Origin: Macrostomum lignano
Lineage: Eukaryota
Direction of reading: 5' to 3'
NCBI GenBank assembly: GCA_002269645.1
Contig: NIVC01001229.1
Coordinates: forward strand, 33,905-61,596
DNA: 27,692 nt
Both the position numbers and the translations under genes were made by a program. Under the pieces are notes generated by a model, which was given only the letters and a program-made list of their open reading frames with translations, ran no database searches and was not told the DNA's origin. How positions within the stretch are numbered: the first letter of the stretch is position 1; the number at the start of each line of letters is the position of its first letter. This document shows, one piece after another, positions 1-11,819 of this stretch.

Positions 1-166
1 ATAGATTTCATTAAGATTCCCATTTCTTAGTCAATGTTCTTCCACAAGTTTATTAGGCAATTTTTCTTTTAGCAGAAATCCTACTTAACAGTGTACTGAT
101 AAAAAGCAGTGTTGGCGACATTTCAACCGTCTGTTCTTTGTTTGTAGTAGTTGGCTGACGGAATCT

Positions 167-410
167 ATGTGCTTTGTAACAGCTCATGTATTTGTGTCTG
201 ATGTGCTTTGTAACAGCTCATGTATTTGTGTCTGATGTGCTTTGTAACAGCTCATGTATTTGTGTCTGATGTGCTTTGTAACAGCTCATGTATTTGTGTC
301 TGATGTGCTTTGTAACAGCTCATGTATTCGTGTCTGATGTGCTTTGTAACAGCTCATGTATTTGTGCCTGATGTGCTTTGTAACAGCTCGTTTATGTTTG
401 CCTGATGTGC
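167..410. repeat. 34-bp minisatellite, ~7 copies (atgtgctttgtaacagctcatgtatttgtgtctg)
   Basis: Unit restarts at 167, 201, 235, 269, 303, 337, 371 and 405. Confidence 0.95.
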
Positions 411-1002
411 TCGGAAAGGATCGTGTTGGAGTCCAATAAGCCTTAAGAAAACAGTTATGCCATCATCTAACATTCATATAATTTTGAAGAAAAGTTTCAA
501 AATCTCATATTTCACTTTTCTCATCATTGCCTGAACACACAACTGCACACACAAGCAGAATGCAGCATATTCTTTGCCTATTTAGCAACAACTGCTGGTC
601 ATCAATTCTGGGCGCAGATCTATAGAAGGCTGGACGTATCTCTCTACCTCCTCATACCTCGTTTAAACCCTCAGTCGCAACACGCGCTTTTTCTAAGAAA
701 GCAACAAGTTACGGCCCTTTCTCTCGGCCCAGTAAATCGTTGGTCGCGCAATGGACCGCCGTATAGATTGCTGAATGTTCAGGTGATTTATTAGCGTGAA
801 AACCTACAGCAGAGGGCTGGGGGAACAGTGCCCGTACGTTTGGTCCCTCCAGTAGCAGTCCTGAGCCTTCCTTATTTTGCTTTTAAAATAAAGATAAAAA
901 ATAAATACTTTTTTTCCAGTTTACTCGATGGATTCGTGCAGAAAACTAAATAGAAAGTTTGATAGTTATAATTTAAATGAGGACACTCACTGATGTTTGT
1001 GT

Positions 1003-2887
1003 TGGAGTACCTACCAATGTCTGCACTGGAACACCTACAAATGACTGCATTGGAACACCTACAAATGACTGCATTGGAACACCTACAAATGACTGCATTA
1101 AAACACCTACAAATGACTGCATTGGAACACCTACAAATGACTGCATTTGGAACACCTACAAATGACTGCATTGGAACACCTACAAATGACTGCATTTGGA
1201 ACACCTACAAATGACTGCATTGGAACACCTACAAATGACTGCATTTGGAACACCTACAAATGACTGAATTGGAACACCTACAAATGACTGCATTGGAACA
1301 CCTACAAATGACTGCATTTGGAACACCTACAAATGACTGCATTGGAACACCTACAAATGACTGCATTAAAACACCTACAAATGACTGCATTGGAACACCT
1401 ACAAATGACTGCATTTGGAACACCTACAAATGACTGCATTGGAACACCTACACATGACTGCATTGGAACACCTACCAATGTCTGCACTGGAACACCTACA
1501 ATGACACCTGCATTGGACACCTACAAATGACTGCATTGGAACACCTACAAATGACTGCATTGGAACACCTACAAATGACTGCATTGGAACACCTACAAAT
1601 GACTGCATTGGAACACCTACAAATGACTGCATTGGAACACCTACAAATGACTGCATTTGGAACACCTACAAATGACTGCATTGGAACACCTACAAATGAC
1701 TGCATTAAAACACCTACAAATGACTGCATTGGAACACCTACAAATGACTGCATTTGGAACACCTACAAATGACTGCATTTGGAACACCTACAAATGACTG
1801 CATTGGAACACCTACAAATGACTGCATTAAAACACCTACAAATGACTGCATTGGAACACCTACACATGACTGCACTGGAACACCTACACATGACTGCATT
1901 GGAACACCTACACATGACTGCATTGGAACACCTACAAATGACTGCATTGGAACACCTACCAATGTCTGCACTGGAACACCTACAAATGACTGCATTGGAC
2001 ACCTACAAATGACTGCATTGGAACACCTACCAATGTCTGCACTGGAACACCTACAATGACACCTGCATTGGACACCTACAAATGACTGCATTGGAACACC
2101 TACAAATGACTGCATTGGAACACCTACACATGACTGCATTGGAACACCTACAAATGACTGCATTGGAACACCTACAAATGACTGCATTGGAACACCTACA
2201 AATGACTGCATTGGAACACCTACAAATGACTGCATTGGAACACCTACAAATGACTGCATTTGGAACACCTACAAATGACTGCATTGGAACACCTACAAAT
2301 GACTGCATTGGAACACCTGCAAATGACTGCATTGGAACACCTACATATGACTGCATTTGGAACACCTACAAATGACTGCATTGGAACACCTACAAATGAC
2401 TGCATTGGAACACCTGCAAATGACTGCATTGGAACACCTACAAATGACTGCATTGGAACACCTACAAATGACTGCATTGGAACACCTACAAATGACTGCA
2501 TTGGAACACCTACCAATGTCTGCACTGGAACACCTACAAATGACTGCATTGGAACACCTGCAAATGACTGCATTGGAACACCTACAAATGACTGCATTGG
2601 AACACCTACAAATGACTGCATTGGAACACCTACAAATGACTGCATTGGAACACCTGCAAATGACTGCATTGGAACACCTACAAATGACTGCATTGGAACA
2701 CCTACAAATGACTGCATTGGAACACCTACAAATGACTGCATTGGAACACCTACAAATGACTGCATTGGAACACCTACAAATGACTGCATTAAAACACCTA
2801 CAAATGACTGCATTGGAACACCTGCAAATGACTGCATTGGAACACCTACAAATGACTGCATTTGGAACACCTACACATGACTGCACT
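1003..2887. repeat. 24-bp minisatellite, ~78 copies (ggaacacctacaaatgactgcatt), with recurring variant units
   Basis: Directly visible tandem array. It generates all the MQSFVGVP / NAVICRCS / TPTNDCIG / EHLQMTAL ORFs. Confidence 0.97.
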
Positions 2888-3567
2888 AACACTAACTTGC
2901 AATCATAACAGATCTGAAACAGCTGACGCTGCATTCCTTACACGCAAGCCCTACAATCATCGCTAGCTTGCACTCCTTGTCGTAGGCAGAATCCAAAGCA
3001 AGCCTGACATCTTACTCTCTCCAAAGAAGACACTCGACCGTAAGAAGATTCTTTTTGTAGAAAATCTGCAAAACAATTATGCTAAGCAATTAAAAAAATA
3101 ATTTCAGACCGAGTGTAAAGTAAGATGGGCAAGTAACTTATGCAACTTTCGATGGTGCAAATTGGTAGCAATTACTGTTTGCTACCGCATTTCAGTCGCA
3201 CACACTTGATGGACAGAAAGGAACCTGTGCAGCAATGTTCATACGGCAAATATATAAGTAGAAGAATGAAGAGCACTAATTACAAAAGGTCATTTAATGT
3301 GGCTTAACTCTAATGGGCGAAACACACATAGCTGACAATTACTTCAGCATGTGGTTCCATGTTTGAGCAAAGACCTTTATTTATATTCGTTCGTTTTCAA
3401 ATTTCCGTGTATAAATCTAAAGCTGAACAACGCAATGAGAAGTATAGAGAATTCACGTTCTGCTGAGAGTAAATATTTGACTGGGCCTTATTCAGTGCCA
3501 TTCAGCTGATTCAAAGCAGACATTGAGGTTGCAGCAATGATAGATGAGAGTAGAAATAGGGAAATAC

Positions 3568-4236
<669 letters not shown>

Positions 4237-5079
4237 GTGACCAGACGCCGCCAACTGCGACTCGTGGCCTATCTGACAAAATAAGGTACGATGGTAGAAT
4301 TCTATACTGAATAGAAGGTTGCATAAGCTTCAAGAGCCAGTCAGATAGATAAAAAAGATGAACTGACAAGCAAGCCTGTAACTGATAGCTTAAGAATGTC
4401 AGCCCCCACTTAAATGAAGCCCAGCCAACATTGACAGCCGTCAGCGCACAATTGATAAACTGAGACCCAATGCAGCTGTAGCCAGGGTCTGAAATGTTAG
4501 CAGTTTATGATGGACCAAGGACCTTGAAAAGACCTGGATCAGAGGCAGGCTTGACCGGGCCAGGGTGATTTCAATGCCTCAAAAACTTGCAGCAATTTTG
4601 GGTTAGAAGAAGTGAAGTTAAGACTTAAGATTGTGAAGAGTTCTGGTTTTTAAATGTTTGTTATTATCACTGCGTGTTCTATTCCAGATCTTCTCTCTAG
4701 AGGTCCATTCGACTGTAAAGAACTCTATAAAGGTTATACGTAGGGCTTTATCTAATCTCTTGTTGGCTAAGAGCGCCACAATGGGAGCAGTTCGTACATT
4801 GTGCATCTGACAGCTTGGCTTCTTGTGGTGGCGTTTCGTCTGACATCAAGTAGCCACAGTATGAAGCAGAGCTGACGGCCATACAGCGGGTGAAAGGAAA
4901 ATAGAGACTTGATGAAGAGGGCTGACAATTGAATCTCAGCATCACGGATCTTTTCTTTATCCCTCTGCAGCGTGCAAAGTAGCTTTTAATTAAAATATTT
5001 GAACAGAAAAAACGCCTAGCGGCGTATTTTAGTGCCGTCTAATGCCAAGTTGTAAAAGTTGAAGATACATGTATATCAA

Positions 5080-5758
5080 CAACAACAACAACAACAGAGT
5101 ACGCTGCCAGTTCACAAAAGCAGCGTCAGATGGCGCGCTTCAAAGCTTGGGCGCGAACAAAAGCCGCACCGCCGGCAGAGTCCGGGGCGCCGGCGTCAGC
5201 CAGCAGACAGTCGACGTAGCGCCGAGTCCTCGCCTGTCCCCGCCGGTAGGGTGCCTGCAACGTAAGTAGCAGCACCTCCTGCACCGGCTCCGGACAGTAG
5301 GCCTCGGCGCGGATGACGTGGCCTGCCAGCTGGAGTCGCCGACGGCGCAGCAGATCGCTAGGACGGGCCAGGCCGGCGCGATGATAGAGCGCCGTGTTGG
5401 TGACTCGCTCGTTGCCGATCTTGAAGGCGGCGCGCAGCAGGCCAGCGTGCGCCGCGTCGACTTGAGCCTCGAGCGAGTCTGTCAGCGTCCAGGTCTCGGC
5501 GTTCTATAACAGGACGGTCTCGATCACCGCCTGGAACAGCGCCGCCCTCTGGCGGTCCGGTAGGGCCTCGGACTGCAGGACTGACCTTATAGAACGAAAG
5601 GCAGCCCAAGCAAGTCCTCGGCGACGCCGCAGATCCTCGCGGACGTCGGGAACCAGACCGCCGAGGTAGACGAACTGCTGACATCTTGGAAGCTCACTCG
5701 CCTGTCCGTCAGCGCCTCGGCAGAAGATTGCAGCCTCGGTGTCGTCTCGGATCTTGGT
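5080..5758 (-). mobile_element. 5'-truncated non-LTR retrotransposon (RTE-clade-like LINE), 3' end of the RT ORF, with a premature stop
   Basis: Manual minus-strand translation gives ...AAIFCRGADGQASELPRCQQFVYLGGLVPDVREDLRRRRGLAWAAF...ETVLL*NAETWTLT...LQLAGHVIR...ALKRAI*. FxYLG, (Y)xAETWTLT and L.GHV.R are RTE-type C-terminal motifs. In-frame TAG at 5504-5506, ORF stop at 5126-5128, (GTT)6 tail at 5078-5095, TSD atgtatatcaa at 5069-5079 and 5759-5769. Confidence 0.9.
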
Positions 5759-5828
5759 ATGTATATCAAGAAGCGCTCAAAGCACATTTGGGCTTTATAA
5801 ACCAGTTTTTTTTACTTAATTCCTTAAA

Positions 5829-6417
5829 GGGAATTGCTGAGATGTCAGGCCTTGCGGGGGAATTGCTGAGATGTCAGGGCTTACGGAGGGGATTGCTGAG
5901 ATGTCAGGGCTTGCGGGGGAATTGCTGAGATGTAGGGCTTGCGGGGGAATTGCTGAGATGTCAGGGCTTACGGAGGGGATTGCTGAGATGTCAGGGCTTA
6001 CGGAGGGGATTGCTGAGATGTCAGGGCTTACGGAGGGGATTGCTGAGATGTCAGGGCTTACGGAGGGATTGCTGAGATGTCAGGGCTTACGGAGGGGATT
6101 GCTGAGATGTCAGGGCTTACGGAGGGGATTGCTGAGATGTCAGGGCTTACGGAGGGGATTGCTGAGATGTCAGGGCTTACGGAGGGGATTGCTGAGATGT
6201 CAGGGCTTACGGAGGGGATTGCTGAGATGTCAGGGCTTACGGAGGGGATTGCTGAGATGTTAGGGCTTGCGGGAGGGAATTGCTGAGATGTAGGGCTTGC
6301 GGGAGGGAATTGCTGAGATGTTAGGGCTTGCGGGAGGGAATTGCTGAGATGTCAAGGCTTAGGGGAGAATTACTGAGATGTCAAGGCGCACAAAGGGAAT
6401 TGCTGAGATACCAAGCC
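5829..6417. repeat. 30-bp G-rich minisatellite, ~19 copies (gctgagatgtcagggcttacggaggggatt)
   Basis: Exact 30-bp periodicity in 6070-6260, with degenerate units at both ends. Confidence 0.96.
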
Positions 6418-7067
6418 TGAGAGGTTAGACTACAGGTGTATTTTTTTAAAAATTATTATTTTTTTCACCCCAACGGAGGGCGCCGAAAGCACTCAGAAGC
6501 ATGCTCAAAACCGACTATTTAGCAGCATTATAAAATCACTGTATATTTTTTTGCATTAAATTGCAAATAAAATGATTGAATCAAATTTAAACTTATTGCT
6601 TAAAAAAGCCAAAAAAACTCTCTAGCCATAACTCCGCTAATGCATTTTGCACTTGGACAGTTGTTATATAAAAACTTTACCATTAAGCTAGGTTGACTAC
6701 AATATAGTCAGCAAATGCAGTGAACGGCAGTATGCAATATTCAATAATACAATAGCTACTTGGGGGGCAGATGAATAGCTAGCCATATAGAGTGGTGGCC
6801 CGATACGCAGGCCTGCAAGGATCGCAACACAATAGTGAAAAATTGTGAAGAATATAAAGTTGCGATCACTGATTGATCGGTCAGTGTCCTTCTGTCTGTA
6901 TTATGCAGAGGCCATGCAAATCGGGCAAAATTTTGAGTCTTGAGAGTTGGATTATAAAAGGCCACCCGGCAGTAAAGGAGACTTGTAGGTTGGACAGTGT
7001 CTGTTTATGAGGTGGGTAGTTAATTTGGCTATACATTTTCACTGTTATTGGAGGACTCTGCCCTTAT

Positions 7068-7685
7068 GGGGTCACCGTCATTTGGGTCACTGTCTTATGG
7101 TCACTGTTTTGGAGTCACGCCCTTAGGGAATCACTATCTTTGGGGGTCATTGTCTTTGGAAGTCAGTCGCTGGGGGTCACTGTCTTTGGTGGTCACTGTC
7201 TTTGGGGGTCACTGTCTTTGGTGATCACTGTCTTTGGGGTCACTGTCTTTGGAGGTCACTGTCTTTGGGGGTCACTGTCTTTGGGGGTCACTATCTTTGG
7301 GGTCACTGTCTTTGGGGTCACTATCTTTGGGGTCACTGTCTTTGGGGGTCACTATCTTTGGGGGTCACTGTCTTTGGGGTCACTGTCTTTGGAGGTCACT
7401 GTCTTTGGTGATCACTGTCTTTGGGGTCACTGTCTTTGGAAGTCAGTCTCTGGGGTCACTGTCTTTGGTGGTCACTGTCTCTGGGGTCACTGTCTTCGGT
7501 GGTCACTGTCTCTGGGGGTCACTGTCTTTGGGGGTCACTGTCTCTGGGGGTCACTGTCTCTGGGGGTCACTGTCTCTGGGGTCACTGTCTCTGGGGTCAC
7601 TGTCTTTGGGGGTCACTGTCTTTGGGGGTCACTACTTTTGAAAGCCACTGTCCTTGGTGTTCACTGTCTCTGGGGGGTCACTGTG
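7068..7685. repeat. 15-16-bp minisatellite, ~38 copies (ggggtcactgtcttt)
   Basis: Directly visible. It generates the GVTVFG / GHCLW / GSLSL ORFs. Confidence 0.95.
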
Positions 7686-7750
7686 CTCAGGGGGAACGTG
7701 AAGGCGCAATGGAGTCGGGAGTGTGAACATTACGAAGGGCTGAGGTTGAC

Positions 7751-8239
7751 CTCCTAGCGCCATCAGCTCGCAACCGAATTCAGCCCTGGCCCGAGTTGTG
7801 TGCACTGCACCTATGAAGCGCAGAATTCCCGTGTATTTCACTCTCATATAACGCGTATATTTGTTAAACCCGGCCTGATGAAGAAAGTTCAGTGAAGCTG
7901 TAAAATTACAAATGTAAGACATTGCAGAGTCTATATCTGTATAACCCAGGAGTTTTCACCACTATATACACTATATAGTGTGTATACGCGGGGCCTCATC
8001 AAAATTCTCGTAGCCAAGGCAAATCGAACTACAAGTTGAAAATTTATCTCCAGGTGTAAATAGCTCCCTCCCATCTGCCTGGCTAATGTATGCATCAGAG
8101 GGTAACAGATATAACAAAGTTCTTCAGTTTCCCATAGTTATACCCCGTATATGCTGCTTAATTTACCTTTGGTATTTGGATAAAATTTCAGTTTGTAGAC
8201 CTCGAAGCGCAGGCAGTTGTGCATTCTGATATCGATACA
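7751..8239 (-). other. Candidate pair of spliced coding exons (8239-8167 and 7897-~7751) of an unidentified gene
   Basis: Acceptor ctcag|8239, donor 8167|gtaaat, acceptor ttttacag|7897. Phases are compatible and give CIDIRMHNCLRFEVYKLKFYPNTK-A-SLNFLHQAGFNKYTRYMRVKYTGILRFIGAVHTTRARAEFGCELMALGG. A consensus donor GTAAGT also lies upstream at 8532-8527. No family was recognised with confidence. Confidence 0.3.
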
Positions 8240-9076
8240 CTGAGTAATTTAGAGATGCATGTACATGTTCTTGTGCAGACAGAGAATTTATTATTGCCAA
8301 ATTTAACCCTATCCCAGGAGCAATTAAAAAATATGTATACGTTACTTGCTACTTAACCGCTTTTACCATATAAGTAGTTTAATACGGACAGCAGACGCCG
8401 CTACCAGAACCGCACTTTTGACCATAGACAATGAAGCCAATCAAGTTAATAAAACACAGGATTGTTGACTAGGATTGCCCCCCGTTAAATCTAGATCCGC
8501 CTCCCCCCGCTTAAGGCCATTATTTAACTTACCCTGAAATATAGTCTATGGTAGTGCCGCTGATGCAGGAGACTTTATAGTGCTTAGGAAAAACATGTCT
8601 ACATGTACTGTAGAAGTTGCTTTATCAAAAAACCGTTGAGAGTGCTGAAAACTGAAAGCTAATTCTTTCTCGCTAAAACTAATGCTTTTAATTGTAATCG
8701 TTACAAGTTTTATAACAGTAAAATCTATAGAGTCTAGATACAGTTGTAACAACAGTTTACAGTTGTAAATAATATTTTTTGTTTTATTTTTTTTCAATTC
8801 GAATATGCATCGGAATAGATAATTGAACTTGGTGGATTATTATAACAAAGTAGAATAATATTTATGAGACGTGACTAGAGGTTAAAAGCACAATTATACA
8901 TCTGTTCATATTGATATTGCTAAAAAAAAACTTGGGTATTACAAATGTTTTATGGGATTAGGTAATACAATAAAATTGATATTTGAAGCTCAAAGTTTAT
9001 TAGTTATTTAAAATTATAAATAGTTACACAAAATATACGATACATTAAAATAAATGTATTATATATTATATTATTA

Positions 9077-9821
9077 TAGCTTTTGGCAGCCTATTTGGGC
9101 TTACGCGCATTTAATTTAATCCAAGATACGTTTGCCAATGTAATGGAGCTTTTGTCTATGGTAGCAAGGCTTCCGCAGCGGCATTAATTAATTTGGTCCA
9201 ACAAGCATCAATTTGGTCCGAATGCTTGTGAGCCAATGGCAAACTCTTGCCTTCTTGCAGCTGCCTAAGGGAATGTCAGCGTCTGCACCAGCAATTTCCC
9301 GTCGCTTTTCCAGAGCTCTGCTGATAGTCCAAATCTGATAACCAACTGGAACTGTTCCTTCAACTGCTGCTGCATTTTCTGCAACGTCAACAAAGGGTTC
9401 GTCTCAATTGCATTAAGTAGCAGTTGGACCTGAGTCTCTAGCAACTTGCCTTGGCGATTGCCACCTTACCACAGGCGACCTATGCCAGAAGTGGTTTCAA
9501 CACGCTGATGGATGCTGTAAACCATCTTTCTTCTGTATTCAGCAGCCTTGCAATGTCCTATGGGTGTTCACCGCTGTTGAGTGCTTTGATCACAAGCCAG
9601 TGGCATTCGTTCTACAACCTAGCATGGTTCACAATTCTGGGGCTGGTGTTGCTCCTCCGCAACAGTTGAAAATAAAGCTATGGACCAAATTCATGCTTGT
9701 TGGACCAAATTAAGTGGCGCTGTGGCAGTCTTGCTACCATAGACAAAAGCTCCGGTACATTGGCAAACCTATCTTGGATTAAATTAAATGCGCGTCAGCC
9801 GAAATAGGCTGCCAAAAGCGA
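9077..9821 (-). mobile_element. Internally deleted Tc1/mariner/IS630-superfamily DNA transposon with ~140-bp TIRs and a degenerate HTH relic
   Basis: Imperfect inverted repeats at 9077-9219 and 9682-9821 (about a dozen mismatches and a 3-bp indel by eye), flanked by TA at 9075-9076 and 9822-9823. The interior minus strand, with stops and frameshifts, reads VIKALNSGEHP*DIARLLNT/KMVYSIHQRVETTSG...GGNRQGKLLETQVQLLLNAIETNPLLTLQKMQQQLKEQF/WTISRALEKR, resembling the N-terminal DNA-binding region of these transposases. Confidence 0.82.
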
Positions 9822-10164
9822 TAGTCCTAAGTACGTCCTAAAAGCAAAAGCTTAAGTTAGGAAATAAAAATTATTGAAATAAAATTGCAACAATAAAGTT
9901 TTAATATGTTTTTAGCTTTTAAAAGCATGCTGGGACGATATTAAGCGACAATATAGTTGAGAAGTTTAGAAAACAATTTTTAAGTTACTCGTAATGTTTT
10001 AATGAAAAAGACGCTGTTAAATATCCGTAGTCCGTACTGTTCAGTAGTAAATAACTGGTTCAAACTTCAATCGGATATGTTTTGAATTCAAACGGGCGTA
10101 ACTTGCAATTTGAAACATTTTGATCAAGACCTTCTGCGCCAGTACGGGTGTACATGTAGCTCTT

Positions 10165-11208
10165 TTAGCAGCCAGTAAACGCGGCATTAACAATCCGGAT
10201 ATCGATAGCGGCTTTAGCAAACAGCAGACACCGGATGCTGCCGTTAAGCCGGAACGTGCTTGTAAGGTGGGACACTACCCCAAGCGAGACGCACAGCGGT
10301 TCAACTGGTTGATACAGCACCAACAATGAGCTCCACTGGGTCAGGGTAGACCGAGGACCCCCGCCGCGCCACAGGGTGAAACTGGAGTTAGTGGAGTCGA
10401 ATTGAAATCCCAGAGTGACGTAGTCGGTATCCTCGGAGCCAGCAGCCGCTTGGTCAGCGTGCAACGTCAGTGTCGAGGCTGCAACTGCCGACGGACGGGA
10501 CGCCAGTTTCACACTCAGTCGAGTTTCATCAGTTTCAAACACGGACACCACAGTCTTGCGCTGATTGGAACAGCTGTGCAAACTAAAATAGCCAGAGCCT
10601 GCTGCCGCGGACAGACCGTTACCATAGCGACGTACTCGCATAAACAACGACGAATCGTTTAGAGAAAAATTCAATCCAGCGGCAAACGGAGTGCCAACAA
10701 TGCTTGACAGGTAGGCAAAGTCTTTGTCTCCGCCAGGTAGCACCAGGCCCTCCTTAGAGTTGAAGCTACTGTTCCCAGAGGCATTAAACTTACCAGTGTG
10801 GCCCTCGACGGACAGCAAAATATCCGGTGTCAGCCGAAAGTCCCAGAAGCCGGTAATTTTAGACGAGTGCATCTCAGACCTGAAGCGACTCTTGCAGTTG
10901 CCAGACTCCGGCCAGAAACCAATCACCTGGCCCAGAGTGGCCATCGCGCACGGCGACAAACCCGAGTCCGTGTTGAACACCAAACAGGTGCTGCTGGTTA
11001 AGCAGGCTAGGGCGCATTCCGAAGCGCTTAAGATCCGATATGACGGGCTGGAGAACTGATCAGGTATCGGGCACCGATTAATTATCAAATAGGTAGCTGA
11101 GGTGGCAGGTGCACTGGCATCCAGAGCTGCCCAGACCAATTTGGAAGTTGAACCGAAGGCCAGTAGAAGACAAACAGCAACCAATACAGACGAATGAATA
11201 GTAGCCAT
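10165..11208 (-). CDS. Intronless putative secreted protein, 347 aa: signal peptide + PAN/apple-like domain + LamG/concanavalin-A-like beta-sandwich
   Basis: Non-repetitive ATG-started 347-codon ORF. Hydrophobic N-terminus (VLVAVCLLLAFG). Six-Cys region NRCP...SASECALACLTSSTCLVFN...PC...NC fits the PAN pattern. The C-terminal part has LamG-like elements (GFWDF, GLVL.GG, LFMRVR, VTLGFQFD...TLWRGG, FRLNGSIRCLLF). Six N-glycosylation sequons. Domain calls are by eye. Confidence 0.8.
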   Translation of the reverse strand: MATIHSSVLVAVCLLLAFGSTSKLVWAALDASAPATSATYLIINRCPIPDQFSSPSYRILSASECALACLTSSTCLVFNTDSGLSPCAMATLGQVIGFWPESGNCKSRFRSEMHSSKITGFWDFRLTPDILLSVEGHTGKFNASGNSSFNSKEGLVLPGGDKDFAYLSSIVGTPFAAGLNFSLNDSSLFMRVRRYGNGLSAAAGSGYFSLHSCSNQRKTVVSVFETDETRLSVKLASRPSAVAASTLTLHADQAAAGSEDTDYVTLGFQFDSTNSSFTLWRGGGPRSTLTQWSSLLVLYQPVEPLCVSLGVVSHLTSTFRLNGSIRCLLFAKAAIDIRIVNAAFTGC

Positions 11209-11669
11209 AATTAGGCAGACTTAAATTTATTTTTCAGAGTTCGCGTCGCGTTCACTTTCCAGATCGTTGCTAGAGAATTTATAGCTTAGCATTGATCGCT
11301 AATTCAGACGGAAAGCATATCACTCGGTTGCCAATAGCAACCACGGATGGTGGAAAGAGACTTTGAGAAACATACGTCTAATTAAGTGGCAGAATCGCAT
11401 CGGTAATGTAATTAGCCATAAAGTATTGTGGCTAACAAAAGACTGCTAATTTTATTAACCAATTAGTAGTTACACTTATGCTTCAGTGAGGTGCCGCGGG
11501 CATGATCAGAAAGATGAATGACAGCTAGACAGAGACACTTGCGCCAAGTATACTACTGTACGATCTTTACTGAAAAATGGAAAGCAGTGATTTATGGGCC
11601 AAGTGAGAGAGGAAAGAAGGGAATGGAGGAGAGAGAAGAGGAGAGAGAAGGTTGCCATTGTGAAGTTCC

Positions 11670-11732
11670 AAACGACCCCGAGGGCCGGATAGAGAACGAT
11701 AGGCTTCGCGGACCGAAGTTTGCCGACCCCTG
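11670..11732. mobile_element. Orphan terminus of a hAT (Charlie/MER58-type) DNA transposon
   Basis: gagggccggataga...aggcttcgcggaccgaagtttgccgacccctg. Its reverse complement starts CAGGGGTCGGCAAACT, the characteristic Charlie/MER58-type TIR. No partner end was found in the window. Confidence 0.6.
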
Positions 11733-11819
11733 CTTTTCTGAAATAATTCACAGATTCATTTTACATTCATTTATTTACATGTGCTACAGCTCTGAGAAAC
11801 TTCAAGTTCAATTTACCAT

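Noticed and set aside
655-815. Exon-like island on the minus strand (ctgtag acceptor ... gag|gtatga donor)
   Set aside because: Every frame hits a stop between the splice-like sites and no motif is recognisable.
872-2934. Many overlapping 60-208 aa ORFs on both strands
   Set aside because: They are translations of the 24-bp minisatellite and are open only because the unit lacks stops in those frames.
3015-3240. Two tiny exon-like segments on the minus strand (SFLSIKCVRLKC; IFYKKNLLTVECLLWR)
   Set aside because: Too short to assign, and I cannot show phase linkage to other exons.
5059-5787. Short ORFs on both strands in the GC-rich segment
   Set aside because: They are alternative frames of the LINE fragment. 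The true frame is broken by a TAG and so is not in the ORF track.
6756-6990. ~80-codon open frame on the minus strand
   Set aside because: No recognisable motif, and this length is within chance expectation.
7967-7982. Short perfect palindrome acactatatagtgt
   Set aside because: AT-rich 14-mer with no accompanying Helitron or terminator signature.
9451-9669. 72-aa plus-strand ORF with a hydrophobic end
   Set aside because: Antisense frame of the decayed transposase inside the TIR element.
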